From a virus (lineage: Duplodnaviria; Caudoviricetes), in IMG/VR virus record IMGVR_UViG_3300017722_004908, positions 1 through 25,412 of that record: a stretch of 25,412 bases of DNA; one strand, written 5' to 3'. This document shows positions 1-10,246 of this stretch, in pieces. The translations under genes and the position numbers were made by a program. Each line of letters opens with the position of its first letter. Position 1 is the stretch's first letter. The notes under the pieces were generated by a model. It worked only from the letters and a program-made list of their open reading frames with translations, was not told the DNA's origin and searched no databases.

Positions 1-2
1 AT

Positions 3-2597
3 GAACAGAACATTGTAAATGACAAGTCTGGTGGCACAACATTTGGAGGACTACTTAATGTGTCTTCTAATGGGAAAATTGTTCAAGTCATCGATCCAAG
101 TGCACCAAGTCAAGACTATCTAGAACAATTTATCACAGCAGATCAATACTATTTGATTGGTCCGCTTGCTAATGAAGACACGGCTGCGTTGACATCAAGA
201 TCAGATGATTTTGTAGCACAAGTCAATGAGTGTCAAGACAGTCTGAACGAAGTCAAGAGTGTTCTTGATTGTGAATATGATAATTTGATGATAACGCAAT
301 TGCTTGAGTGCATTTCAAGTATCATAGGGGATATCTTTTTGACAGCATATCCTGTTGATTTCAATGCAAGAATCTGGACAATGTCTAAGTTCCTGCTTTT
401 GATGAAGTCAACAGAAGACAACAACATGTTGAATATTCTATTTCGAATAATGATGCTTCGAGACAGACTTTTAAATCCAAGTGACTACGCAGACGGGAGT
501 TTTGTTGTAGACGAAATAAAGGCAAGAGCGAAAAGTCAAATCATCGGTGAGATTGATCGACTTGCATCGAAATTAGGATTAGAGCAATCTACGATTTACA
601 ATCCAGATACGGGTGAAAGCAAAGTCGTTCGAGGCTCATATGAAGACTCGAGCAACACAATAGAAAAGAATCTTGACATTTTCAATTTTTCAATTCCTGG
701 CGGGACAGGACGCAATATCAATGCTTCAAGTCAAGAACTGAGTGCTAACGGAATCTCGAAAGTCTGGATAGATAATCTTTTAAATCCATTGCAATCAGAA
801 GAGAAAACTCAATACGATTATTTCCACACATACGCGAAGAATCTTGAGTCAGACTCATTAATTACATTTGGAATAGATTCATTCACAACAACTAGCGAGC
901 TTTTGACAGGAAGAGTTGGAATAACTCAACAGTTTATCAAAACTAATCGAGACCACCGGGCATTCGCATTATTACTCAAGACAATCTTTTGGTTCAAAAA
1001 TGCTTCAACGCAAAACAGAGACGTATTATTCAGAGTAAATAATGCGTCAACTGTGGATACATCATCAGCAGATATAGGCGATGGTGATACGTCTTCTGAC
1101 GATACGACTGCAACTCTTACAGTGACGTTAGAATACAACCCATCAATATGGGCCGAGATCAAGGGAATTATTGATAAAATGTTGTCTCTTAGCGGAGATA
1201 TAACAAATTCTCAAACAGACTCATCAGATAAAGCAGATGGAAATTATCAAATTAAGATCAAGCTGGACGCATCATTCGACGTACTGCTTTCAACTATCAC
1301 TAATGAGGAAATTGGATTAGTAATTGCAACTTCCCTAGGAATCGCAGAGGATGCAGTTTCTGCGCTATATGTGAGTGAAGGTAGTGAGTACTCTGTTGAA
1401 ATAACTAAGTCTTTCTCCTCCAATGCAGCATATCTCTATAATCTCAATGTCTCATCAATATACGATGGTAATTTGAGGAACATCATGTCTCGTTCGCAGA
1501 CGTTGTATGATGTTTGTAACTACATTTCAAGCTGGTTAAGTCAAGCTGCATCACTACTTAATGAAGCATCAACAAATGCTGCAAATTATACATCAAGATA
1601 CGGTGAAAAACTAGCAACGCTGTATACGGGAAACTCCGTCACTAATCTCATTAGAACATACGCTAACGGACTAAAGAATTCAATAGAATTTCCATATTAC
1701 ACGTCAGACTTTTATCGAAGCTCTAAGTTCCTCTCAGGCATGCTTAATTACGCAGATTACGCGCTTGGTGTATCTGGGTATGAGGACAGCTTTGTCATAG
1801 TTTGTGGCATTCCTTACGGATTAATTGAAAGAATGGGTGGTTTTGAGATTGGCGATGAGAAGAACATTAAAATCACTTTGACTTTTAGAGACGTTAATTT
1901 TGGAACTCCAACAAATGCTGAATTGGTGTATAAGTTTCCTGCTGCTTCCTTCATAGATCCATCAAGTCAGGTTTACACAGAAGACCAACTGACTGTCGTA
2001 GATCTTCCAGCAGGTAACGAGACTATCCTAGAAGCAACAAATCTTTACTATCTCACTCAGGATGGGACTATACAACAGGACACTTTTACAGACAGCGACG
2101 TAAAAGCACAAGAGCTTTCCAGCACATCGATACTTGAGTATCTTCGTCTCCTGTATGGACTCGACTTTAGTTTGAATGCTTTCTCACAGAATGAAAATGT
2201 CAATGTTGATTCTGCTTATCCGAACACAGATTCAACTGCAACGCTTCTTCAAAATTATGTCGCAGGCCTCAAATACGATCCGCTAATATCGTCTAGATTC
2301 TCAACGACAATTGCAAATTCTAAGGGAATTCAAAAGAAAAAGATCATGAAGGAAGCATTGCAAGGTCCTGTCTTTGACAAGATTGTTGCAATTCCCATAG
2401 ATGGAAGTTTACTTCGAGGAGAAGGAAGCTTTTACATGTGTGATGTCATGGCATCTATTGAATTTGAGAATGTAGGTGAGATAGTTGTTGTCAACGATGT
2501 GAATACATTCAATCTAGAAGACGCTATCTCAAACTTTACAGAATCTTTGAATACCGGCCTCTCCATTAGCAACATCATTTCGCCAACAGGAGCGTAA
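3..2597 (+). CDS. Large hypothetical protein, probably virion structural (5'-truncated)
   Basis: The frame is open from position 3 (EQNIVNDKSGGTTFGGLLNV...), so the GTG at 60 is unlikely to be the true start. The product is >860 aa and S/T/D/N-rich with no recognisable catalytic motif. It lies in tandem with structural-type genes. Confidence 0.6.
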   Translation, partial: EQNIVNDKSGGTTFGGLLNVSSNGKIVQVIDPSAPSQDYLEQFITADQYYLIGPLANEDTAALTSRSDDFVAQVNECQDSLNEVKSVLDCEYDNLMITQLLECISSIIGDIFLTAYPVDFNARIWTMSKFLLLMKSTEDNNMLNILFRIMMLRDRLLNPSDYADGSFVVDEIKARAKSQIIGEIDRLASKLGLEQSTIYNPDTGESKVVRGSYEDSSNTIEKNLDIFNFSIPGGTGRNINASSQELSANGISKVWIDNLLNPLQSEEKTQYDYFHTYAKNLESDSLITFGIDSFTTTSELLTGRVGITQQFIKTNRDHRAFALLLKTIFWFKNASTQNRDVLFRVNNASTVDTSSADIGDGDTSSDDTTATLTVTLEYNPSIWAEIKGIIDKMLSLSGDITNSQTDSSDKADGNYQIKIKLDASFDVLLSTITNEEIGLVIATSLGIAEDAVSALYVSEGSEYSVEITKSFSSNAAYLYNLNVSSIYDGNLRNIMSRSQTLYDVCNYISSWLSQAASLLNEASTNAANYTSRYGEKLATLYTGNSVTNLIRTYANGLKNSIEFPYYTSDFYRSSKFLSGMLNYADYALGVSGYEDSFVIVCGIPYGLIERMGGFEIGDEKNIKITLTFRDVNFGTPTNAELVYKFPAASFIDPSSQVYTEDQLTVVDLPAGNETILEATNLYYLTQDGTIQQDTFTDSDVKAQELSSTSILEYLRLLYGLDFSLNAFSQNENVNVDSAYPNTDSTATLLQNYVAGLKYDPLISSRFSTTIANSKGIQKKKIMKEALQGPVFDKIVAIPIDGSLLRGEGSFYMCDVMASIEFENVGEIVVVNDVNTFNLEDAISNFTESLNTGLSISNIISPTGA

Positions 2598-2606
2598 GGC
2601 AAGACA

Positions 2607-4418
2607 ATGTCTAATGATTTCACATATCCATCGCTTCCAGGAATAGTTGCAGGCCTTAAAAATCCTGAGATTGTTGAATCAAAGTTTGTGTACAACTTTT
2701 TCATGTCTGATGAACGTGTCAACGAGCGTTCTCAAGTGAACTACCTTGACTTTTTAACAGACACAGCAACATATGTTTCAAGAATAGCAAAAGCGCCTCG
2801 ATACGTCCAACTTAAGCTAAAGCAAGACTGGTCAACATCGACATACGTTGATTTATCAAGGCTCAGGGCGGGTGAAATTCAAATCCTCTATGAGGATGCA
2901 CCATTTGGACGAAATTTCTCATCGGTTGTTGTTCAAGATACATCAGCAGATGCAAGATCATACTACATGATATCAGGATCATCTGATGCAATTTTTACAT
3001 CTGATTTAGGAGTGGCCTCTCTTGATGTTGCATCAGAATCTGTGGAAGATAGGGCTAGTTCTTTGTCAGCATCAACAGTAAATGAGAAAAGCTTTCTATT
3101 CAACTCCTTGAAAAACATCCAATCAGCAGGATACCAGTACGCAAGCACGGACATATCAGGAATAGCTCAGAATGACTTTCTGCTAGACGTGAAAGGTTTT
3201 TCTGCGTCTGTATCGATGAATAATTTGTTCATTTATGATATCACAAAGAGAATTCTTGATAACGAGATGTCGATATTTGCTGATGAATTTGCAGCTGCAA
3301 GCACAACATCAAAAAAGATACAGAAAAAGTCTAGGAGGCAATCGACACCGTACTCAGTGTCATCAGAAGAGTACGATCTCACCATACCGTACCAAGAATA
3401 TGAGCTACTTGATAGTTCCACTATTTCTGATACAACGATGACGGCATCTCACGTCGGTTTTGTGATAGAAAAATACGCACAAAATACAGATGCAACAGTC
3501 ACGCCAGGTGAGATCACATATCTTGACGCAAAAACGACAGACTTCTATGATGAAGCCATTAGATATGGTGGTCTGTATTCTTATACTGTTAGAGCGCTGT
3601 ACGAAATAACGCTTTATGCGTCTGTAGAAACAGACTCATCAAGAGGTCTTGATCTTGCGAGAGTGAAATTATTCTTTGCGACATCAGGTCAGAATGTTGA
3701 TATTTTTTGTGTTGAAACAAGGCCTCCGCCCCCACCAGAAGATGTGTATTTCAAGTACACACCAGAGGGCAATCTTTTCATTGGGTGGCAGTTTCCTTTC
3801 AACAAGCAGCGAGATATCAAAAAATTCCAAATCTTTAGGCGAAAGTCGCTAGATGAACCGTTCAGGCTCATAAGACAAATTGATTTTGATGACTCTGTTG
3901 TCAAGACGCCAAGCGCTGATTTGATCCCACGGCGGTTGATAAGCTACAAAAAGATCCCGACATGCTTTTTTGTTGACAATGATTTTAATTTCAATTCAAA
4001 ATTCATCTATTCGATCGTGTCTGTCGATGCTCACGGTTATACATCAAACTACTCGACACAATTCGAAGTTAGCGTCAACATATACACAGAGACATTAGTC
4101 ATCAATGATGTTGTCAGAAAAGGCTGCCCAAAACCTTACCCGAACCTTTTTCTAAACAGAGACTTTTTCATTGATCTTGCCAAGGATTCAAATCACACAA
4201 GAATGACTGTTTACTTTGATCCTGATTACACAGATCTTGTTGACAAACGTGGTAACAGTCTTAACTTGATCAATTTCAACAAGAAAAGGCCTTCTTATAA
4301 GATTCATATTCTTGAGACCAATCTGGCGCAAGACCAGATTGTCAACATTACTACGACAAATGATAAATCTTTGACGATACCAATCAGTGAAGCAAAGGTT
4401 TACACTCAAGTTGTCTAA
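2607..4418 (+). CDS. Putative virion structural protein with fibronectin type III / Ig-like domains
   Basis: 603 aa. FN3-like patterns: 'FYDEAIRYGGLYSYTVRAL' and 'PPPPPEDVYF...LFIGWQFP...IKKFQIFRR...FVDNDFNFNSKFIYSIVSVDAHGYTSNYS'. Confidence 0.6.
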   Translation: MSNDFTYPSLPGIVAGLKNPEIVESKFVYNFFMSDERVNERSQVNYLDFLTDTATYVSRIAKAPRYVQLKLKQDWSTSTYVDLSRLRAGEIQILYEDAPFGRNFSSVVVQDTSADARSYYMISGSSDAIFTSDLGVASLDVASESVEDRASSLSASTVNEKSFLFNSLKNIQSAGYQYASTDISGIAQNDFLLDVKGFSASVSMNNLFIYDITKRILDNEMSIFADEFAAASTTSKKIQKKSRRQSTPYSVSSEEYDLTIPYQEYELLDSSTISDTTMTASHVGFVIEKYAQNTDATVTPGEITYLDAKTTDFYDEAIRYGGLYSYTVRALYEITLYASVETDSSRGLDLARVKLFFATSGQNVDIFCVETRPPPPPEDVYFKYTPEGNLFIGWQFPFNKQRDIKKFQIFRRKSLDEPFRLIRQIDFDDSVVKTPSADLIPRRLISYKKIPTCFFVDNDFNFNSKFIYSIVSVDAHGYTSNYSTQFEVSVNIYTETLVINDVVRKGCPKPYPNLFLNRDFFIDLAKDSNHTRMTVYFDPDYTDLVDKRGNSLNLINFNKKRPSYKIHILETNLAQDQIVNITTTNDKSLTIPISEAKVYTQVV

Positions 4419-4442
4419 ATTTTAAACGTGACCAGATTTTGC

Positions 4443-4451
4443 AAATAATTA
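4443..4451 (+). promoter_or_regulatory. Putative phage late-promoter motif AAATAATTA
   Basis: The same 9-mer recurs just upstream of starts at 10233 and 19780. Here it is followed by SD-like GAGG and the ATG at 4471. Confidence 0.55.
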
Positions 4452-4470
4452 AACGAAGAGGAAGTCAGTT

Positions 4471-5163
4471 ATGGCATTTCTTAGGCAAGATACAAACAAC
4501 ATAGTAATTGATGCAGTTTTGACTGATGCAGGTCGTGCAAAACTCGCACAAGGCAATTTTTCCATCTTTTCTTTCGCTTTGGGAGATGATGAGGTCGACT
4601 ACGCAAACATCGAAAAATACGGTCAGACTGTAGGAAAGGAAAAGATCGAGAAAAATACACCTGTGTTTGAAGCGCTGACTAACACAAATCTCGCAATCAA
4701 GAACACGCTAACGTCGATCTCAAACCCTAATCAAGTTTACATGCCGATCATGGCAATCAACGGCTTGACAAGCGGCATATTGACGATCGACGAAGGAACG
4801 ACATCATCAGGTGTGTCAATTAATGTTCAGATGAGTTCAACAGTCGGAGGAGCTGTTCCGCCTGAGCTCGTCGACAATGTCTACATTGTCTACTTAAACA
4901 GACTCTTCCTCTACGTGTCAGGTCAAGTGCCAGTCAATTCTCAAGCACTTGCAAATAACCCTACCTTGAACACCGCAAGATATGAGATTCCTGCAACTAG
5001 CGCAACAACACCTTTGACATTCGTCTCAAGAGACGTGTCACAGGCAGTTTATGATGCATATTCTGCATTTTCAGGCGGATCATATATCAGCACGTATGTT
5101 AGAATTGTAGGAAGAAACTCCGGATTAAGCAAAGAGTTCGAAGTAAGAATCTCAGGTACATAA
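4471..5163 (+). CDS. Putative baseplate/tail-collar structural protein
   Basis: 230 aa. The N-terminus 'IDAVLTDAGRAKLAQGNFSIFSFALGDDEVDY' resembles the LT..G...LA.G.....FA.GD start of phage tail-collar fibre (DUF3751-like) proteins. Confidence 0.55.
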   Translation: MAFLRQDTNNIVIDAVLTDAGRAKLAQGNFSIFSFALGDDEVDYANIEKYGQTVGKEKIEKNTPVFEALTNTNLAIKNTLTSISNPNQVYMPIMAINGLTSGILTIDEGTTSSGVSINVQMSSTVGGAVPPELVDNVYIVYLNRLFLYVSGQVPVNSQALANNPTLNTARYEIPATSATTPLTFVSRDVSQAVYDAYSAFSGGSYISTYVRIVGRNSGLSKEFEVRISGT

Positions 5164-5173
5164 GAGGATAATA

Positions 5174-6421
5174 ATGATCAAACTAATCGCTCCTGACGAC
5201 ATCAAGACTAGCACGTCGTACCTTAACCAGCTTGTTGATGTCATACAGGAAAATATCAGTGGTTCTTCTACCAGAAGATCTTATGACGTGTTCGTGACAT
5301 CATCAGTCGATGGTGCAACAACGTCAGCAATCACATCTTCACTTTTCCAGACCGTGTATGACCAGGATTACACTCTGGCAACAGCGAATGAAGTTCTAGA
5401 CATGACGATTGGCTTGTATGCATCATCTAGCACAGTCACTGGATCTTCGTACACAGGCGTCGATTCAACAGGAAAGCTTCTTTTCACGTCACAGTCATTG
5501 ATGATGAGAGAGAAAGTTGCAATATACCAGGAATATGCACAGGTCCTGTTAGGTGGAAAAGATCAGCAATTCACATCTCCTTTCGTTCTTACCACAACTG
5601 ACTCCACAGCTGCTATTAATGAAGCGCTCTTCGTCAATTTCAAGCGCTTGTTCTCGAGAGACAAGATCAAGCCAGAAACATTTGCCATGCGTTTCTTCAC
5701 AACTGCGGCAATAGATAAGACAACTCCCACATTCCCTGACAAGCCAAATATCAATCTAACATCGACATCAGGATCCACGATCTTTTCAGATGTCGGCGCT
5801 GCTTCATCTGTTCAATATTCCTTTGGCGGACAAGTTGGAAACATCGTAAACGCATCTAACACATCTAACAAGGTAGGTTTGATGTTTTATGACCAAGGAA
5901 TTGCTGTGTTAGACCTCAAGAAGATCATGTCAGGATCACAGCACGTATCTGGCGTCATAGGTGGTCTATCCTATGCCTCTTACCGTGATGCAACAGCAAA
6001 ACAAGTCATCATTGGAGACGGCGCAGGCTCAGGTAATCCTAACGCAAAATTTATTCCAGACTTTCTTGTGTCAGGATCAATCAACGACATTGTCAAACAC
6101 GTCGCGTCATGTCGTTTCTCATCCGGTTCAGACACAGCGATAACATTCCAAAATATCACAAACATCAACTCAACTTTAGTCTTCTGTCGAGCCACAGCTG
6201 ATGAGTTCAATTACTCTACAAACCCAACTGCAGCAGATGAAAATGGAAGATTGACAGTGATCGATGTAGGTCAGGAAGACACACAACGGACATTCTCATT
6301 TGTGACGTCTGTCGGATTGTATGACACTGCTGGAGATCTTCTCGCAGTTGCCAAGCTTAGCAGACCTATTGAAAAGAATGACGAGAAAGATTTGACGATA
6401 AGAGTGAGGCTTGATTTCTAG
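5174..6421 (+). CDS. Putative baseplate/tail structural protein
   Basis: 415 aa, SD GAGG, S/T/G-rich. The C-terminus 'FVTSVGLYDTAGDLLAVAKLSRPIEKNDEKDLTIRVRLDF' is of the tail-collar/baseplate type. Confidence 0.6.
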   Translation: MIKLIAPDDIKTSTSYLNQLVDVIQENISGSSTRRSYDVFVTSSVDGATTSAITSSLFQTVYDQDYTLATANEVLDMTIGLYASSSTVTGSSYTGVDSTGKLLFTSQSLMMREKVAIYQEYAQVLLGGKDQQFTSPFVLTTTDSTAAINEALFVNFKRLFSRDKIKPETFAMRFFTTAAIDKTTPTFPDKPNINLTSTSGSTIFSDVGAASSVQYSFGGQVGNIVNASNTSNKVGLMFYDQGIAVLDLKKIMSGSQHVSGVIGGLSYASYRDATAKQVIIGDGAGSGNPNAKFIPDFLVSGSINDIVKHVASCRFSSGSDTAITFQNITNINSTLVFCRATADEFNYSTNPTAADENGRLTVIDVGQEDTQRTFSFVTSVGLYDTAGDLLAVAKLSRPIEKNDEKDLTIRVRLDF

Positions 6422-6445
6422 TCTCTTAACAATGGAAAAAGAGAC

Positions 6446-8734
6446 ATGGCGCTCATACCAATAAACTTCAACAACATTGAAAATGTCACACTTGTATTGC
6501 ATCCTAAGCGATACATTGTGTCATCTTCATCGGGTGTGACTGGTTCGATCGGCTTGATTGAGCGGCCTAGCATATTCATAAAGAATATCCCAGAAGAAAC
6601 CCAGGTTTCGCCTGTTTGGACTCAGGGACAGCTTATTGGAACTACCAAGGCCGCATCAGAAGAAGTAAACAGAGGTACTGCAGATATCTCAGACCTAATG
6701 GAGATATATCTCCGCGATGTTTCATCTTCGTCATTTCCATTTAGAAATGACATCACGTACTCACCTGTCAGGTATCGTCAACCTGTCAATTTTTCTGATG
6801 ACTATAATGGCTCGCCATATTTGATGAAACGAATCATCACAGAAAATTTGATGCCCTTTTATAGGCACGGTTATAGTTTTAGTCAATTTGCTTGCGGAAA
6901 TTATCACACAATCAACTTTTTCTCATCGAGCGCAGGACCGAATAACACAGCAATCATCTACGCTAACACAAGCTCAGAAGGAAGGCCTTACACGCCGTCT
7001 GGTCCATTTTCAATCGATTTTTACATAAATCCTCGTTACAAGTTTTCAAAAGATAAGCCTTACACGGCAGGAACAATTCTTCATCTATCTTCGACATTTG
7101 CCCTGTCCTTAGTATCAGGTTCTAGCGTAGACAATAACAATATGGGCGATGGCTTCAGGCTTCTACTTCAGCTTAGTCAAAGTGCTGATGCTTCACCTAG
7201 CAGTATTAACATTAGCTCAGTGTCTAGCGGTCTTCCATATCCACGTAATTTAACATTTATCACACCTGATAATTCTCTACAGCACAATCACTGGCATCAT
7301 ATTTCTATTCGATGGGGCACGAATAAGCGGAGCTATGGTACAGGAAGTATAGTCATAGATGGATCAACAACGTACTTCAATGTTCCTTCATCATCTATCG
7401 CAACTGGTCTAAATTCTGACGCACTTGTGGTAGGAAACTACTTCGCAGGTCCCGATTTTAACGCAAAGTTCTTTAATACGACTATATCAACAATAGACGG
7501 AATACCTGCAATAAGTGGTTTCACATCAGACCCCACAAATTTTAGTTTCAATAACCAGCTTCAAGCAGAAGTACATGATCTCAAGATCTACAAGCGGTTT
7601 ATTTCTGATACAGACATCCAGAATTTTGCAACTAAATCCGATTATTCCGATAGAGACCTTTTATTTTATGTTCCTGTCACATTTACATCTGACACTAATT
7701 CACGCGAAGTTCTTGTAACACCATTTCAGAAAAAGACCAAGTCAACATCAAGCCCGTTTAATGTTGATATGGCACTTTCTGTCAATGGTTTTTACATGAA
7801 TCTTGAAAATTTTGTGAAAGACTTCAAAACAGGCCAATTTCCACGCTTGTGGAATCTAACTGGTTCAACTGTTACTTCATCAGCTTACGCAACTGCGAAC
7901 GAGATCCTATACCAAAATTCCTCTGTTGCCAAAAGAAATCTCACAATTCTACCTAATGACAATGGAAGAATAATACCAGATTTCAGCGTAATCAAGGACG
8001 AATCTAGCGCATTTTTCCAGACTGACATCGGTACAACAAATCACGGCATCATTTCAATGAGAAATGTTGCATCATCGAGCGATTACTTTCCAGGTCTACC
8101 ATCAGACTTTGATGGTCTAACTGGCGCTTCTCCTAGCGACATGTCTACTCCTATAGGATCTGCTTTGACGATTGCGCAGAGATTTAAGGATGTAAGTTCC
8201 AATCTTGTCATTCTCTTTGATCTAAGCACACTTGGGTATGGAAGAACAATTCTTCCATCGTCGTACAACATCGTCGATCCGTCAATGTCAGGTTCATATG
8301 GCACAGTTTCTGTAAATTTGTCTGATGATGGCGCAGGCACACTTTACAGAAGTGATTGTCTAACAAAACAAGCTAGATGGAATGCTGTTGGCAACGTCTT
8401 CTATGTCGAGGGAGTTTCGATACTGACAAATCCAGCTTTGGCATTGTATGGAAAAGATTCGTTCAATCTCTCGCTGACCGGTGAGCAAAGAACAAACGTC
8501 TTCATTGTTAATGCTCCAGCTCCTGCATCACTCATAAATTCATCATCAAATACATCTTACGAACAGTTTCCTGTCACTGATTACGTCAGTGAGAGAGAGA
8601 AGAGTTTCGTCTACATCACAGGCATCAATCTACACGATGAAAACCTCAATGTGATCATGCGGGCCAATCTCGCTCAGCCTGTTGCCAAGCGAGACTCAGA
8701 TGAATTTCTATTCAGGCTTAAGTATGACTTTTAG
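6446..8734 (+). CDS. Putative tail/baseplate protein with a LamG (concanavalin A-like) domain
   Basis: 762 aa. LamG-like pattern 'FSIDFYINP...HWHHISIRW...SIVIDG...LVVGN...AEVHDLKIYKRFISDTDI'. The C-terminus is paralogous to that of the upstream gene. Confidence 0.65.
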   Translation: MALIPINFNNIENVTLVLHPKRYIVSSSSGVTGSIGLIERPSIFIKNIPEETQVSPVWTQGQLIGTTKAASEEVNRGTADISDLMEIYLRDVSSSSFPFRNDITYSPVRYRQPVNFSDDYNGSPYLMKRIITENLMPFYRHGYSFSQFACGNYHTINFFSSSAGPNNTAIIYANTSSEGRPYTPSGPFSIDFYINPRYKFSKDKPYTAGTILHLSSTFALSLVSGSSVDNNNMGDGFRLLLQLSQSADASPSSINISSVSSGLPYPRNLTFITPDNSLQHNHWHHISIRWGTNKRSYGTGSIVIDGSTTYFNVPSSSIATGLNSDALVVGNYFAGPDFNAKFFNTTISTIDGIPAISGFTSDPTNFSFNNQLQAEVHDLKIYKRFISDTDIQNFATKSDYSDRDLLFYVPVTFTSDTNSREVLVTPFQKKTKSTSSPFNVDMALSVNGFYMNLENFVKDFKTGQFPRLWNLTGSTVTSSAYATANEILYQNSSVAKRNLTILPNDNGRIIPDFSVIKDESSAFFQTDIGTTNHGIISMRNVASSSDYFPGLPSDFDGLTGASPSDMSTPIGSALTIAQRFKDVSSNLVILFDLSTLGYGRTILPSSYNIVDPSMSGSYGTVSVNLSDDGAGTLYRSDCLTKQARWNAVGNVFYVEGVSILTNPALALYGKDSFNLSLTGEQRTNVFIVNAPAPASLINSSSNTSYEQFPVTDYVSEREKSFVYITGINLHDENLNVIMRANLAQPVAKRDSDEFLFRLKYDF

Positions 8735-9245
8735 TGTTTTAGGACTTGACATCTCAACATCTTGCACAGGATACACGATTCTAGATGAGGGCGGTAATCT
8801 CCTTAGAATAGGTCATATCAAACTTGATAATATTGAGTCCTTTTTTGAGAAGTGCAACGTAGTCAGGTCTACACTTGCTGATCTCTGTAAGGAGTACAAC
8901 ATTCAACAGGTGGCAATCGAGCAGAATTTGCAGGCTTTTAGGCCGGGCCTCTCATCTGCTAGTACTATAAACACGCTAGCAAGATTTAACGGAGCAATTT
9001 CGTATATTTGTTTTGACGTATTTAAATTTGAGCCAATCTTCATAAATGTCATAAAGTCTAGATCGTCGCTAGGGATCAAGATTGATTATAAGGATAAGAC
9101 AGTAACAACTAAAGACAAGATATTAATCTGGGTCCAGACACAAATAGATTACAATTGGCCTAAGAAAAAGACAGGTTCCTTAAAAAAGGAATGCTATGAC
9201 ATGGCTGATTCATATGTTATAGCAAGGTCGTCGTTGATCCAGTAA
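8724..9245 (+). CDS. RuvC-like Holliday junction resolvase
   Basis: Likely start is ATG 8724 (173 aa), overlapping the previous stop. RNase H/RuvC acidic motifs: 'VLGLDISTSCTG', 'VAIEQ', 'DMADSYVIA'. Confidence 0.8.
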   Translation: MTFSVLGLDISTSCTGYTILDEGGNLLRIGHIKLDNIESFFEKCNVVRSTLADLCKEYNIQQVAIEQNLQAFRPGLSSASTINTLARFNGAISYICFDVFKFEPIFINVIKSRSSLGIKIDYKDKTVTTKDKILIWVQTQIDYNWPKKKTGSLKKECYDMADSYVIARSSLIQ

Positions 9246-9267
9246 ATTATCGGCGACACGTGTATGT

Positions 9268-10233
9268 TTGGATGTGTCTTCAACTTACACAGAAAGAGTC
9301 GTCTTTATCCAGAAAATACTTGGGAAAGGACAAATTTCGCGCGATGGAAATGATGTTACTGTCGCATGTCCTTTCTGCAAAACTCCAGGAAAGAAGAAGC
9401 TTGCAATTAACCTAGAAAATTGGAAATTTCACTGTTGGGTCTGCAGCAGTAGAGGAAATTCTCTTGTTCCGCTAATCAGGAAGTTTGGAACAAGAGAAAC
9501 ACTAGACTACTACAGATCACACTACCTAAACGACAAGATTCTGTCGACAGACATAGAGATAGAGGAAAAAATCACGCTACCTGATGGTTTCAGGCCTCTC
9601 GTGAACCAGATAGGATCAAAGGATCCTGACATCAGAATGATATTTCGTTATCTCGCTAAGCGATCTGTCTCTGAAGATATGTTCTGGAAATACAGGATAG
9701 GTTCGTCAGATGATCCTAAATTCAAGTCTCGGGCAGTGTTCGCTTCACTCGACATTGAGGGTCAAGTGAACTATTACGTCTCGAGGAACTCTGATGAAAA
9801 ATCAAGGTTCAGATACTTGAACGCAAACAACGATAAGACAGCGATAATTTTCAACGATATCGACATCGATTGGGATAAGCCTATACATCTCGTCGAAGGT
9901 GTTTTTGATCTTATGACGCTGAATGAGAATGGGACGTGTCTCTTGGGTTCAAGTTTGACTGAAAAATCACTTCTCTTCAAAAAGATAGCTGCAAACCAGT
10001 CGCAAGTCATTCTGTGTCTTGATAATGACATGATAGTAAAGACGGGCAAGATTGCAGATTTACTTTCATCGTACGGTTGCGATGTCTCAATAATGAATAC
10101 GGGTGCAGCAAAGGACATTGCTGAGATGTCAAAGCCTCAACTTGATGAGGCAAAACAAACGCTTACAGCGTGGAATCAAACTGCCTCATTTAGGTACAAG
10201 ATCGCAAGTATTAAGAGTGGATCAATGTTTTGA
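9268..10233 (+). CDS. DNA primase (DnaG / T4 gp61-like)
   Basis: Zn finger 'CPFC...FHCWVC' and TOPRIM motifs 'LVEGVFD' and 'LCLDND'. The start is uncertain (TTG 9268 or GTG 9274). Confidence 0.88.
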   Translation: MDVSSTYTERVVFIQKILGKGQISRDGNDVTVACPFCKTPGKKKLAINLENWKFHCWVCSSRGNSLVPLIRKFGTRETLDYYRSHYLNDKILSTDIEIEEKITLPDGFRPLVNQIGSKDPDIRMIFRYLAKRSVSEDMFWKYRIGSSDDPKFKSRAVFASLDIEGQVNYYVSRNSDEKSRFRYLNANNDKTAIIFNDIDIDWDKPIHLVEGVFDLMTLNENGTCLLGSSLTEKSLLFKKIAANQSQVILCLDNDMIVKTGKIADLLSSYGCDVSIMNTGAAKDIAEMSKPQLDEAKQTLTAWNQTASFRYKIASIKSGSMF

Positions 10234-10241
10234 AATAATTA
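10233..10241 (+). promoter_or_regulatory. Putative late-promoter motif AAATAATTA
   Basis: Identical to the copies at 4443 and 19780. It lies 5 nt upstream of ATG 10247, with no SD. Confidence 0.5.
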
Positions 10242-10246
10242 AAGTC

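Noticed and set aside
8724-9245. RuvC protein as a Cas12/TnpB-type RNA-guided nuclease
   Set aside because: It is only 173 aa with a contiguous RuvC fold, no Zn ribbon or recognition region, and no adjacent non-coding space for a guide RNA.
10103-10246. N-terminal extension of the 144-aa ORF
   Set aside because: It overlaps the primase C-terminus. ATG 10247, after the AAATAATTA motif, is more plausible.
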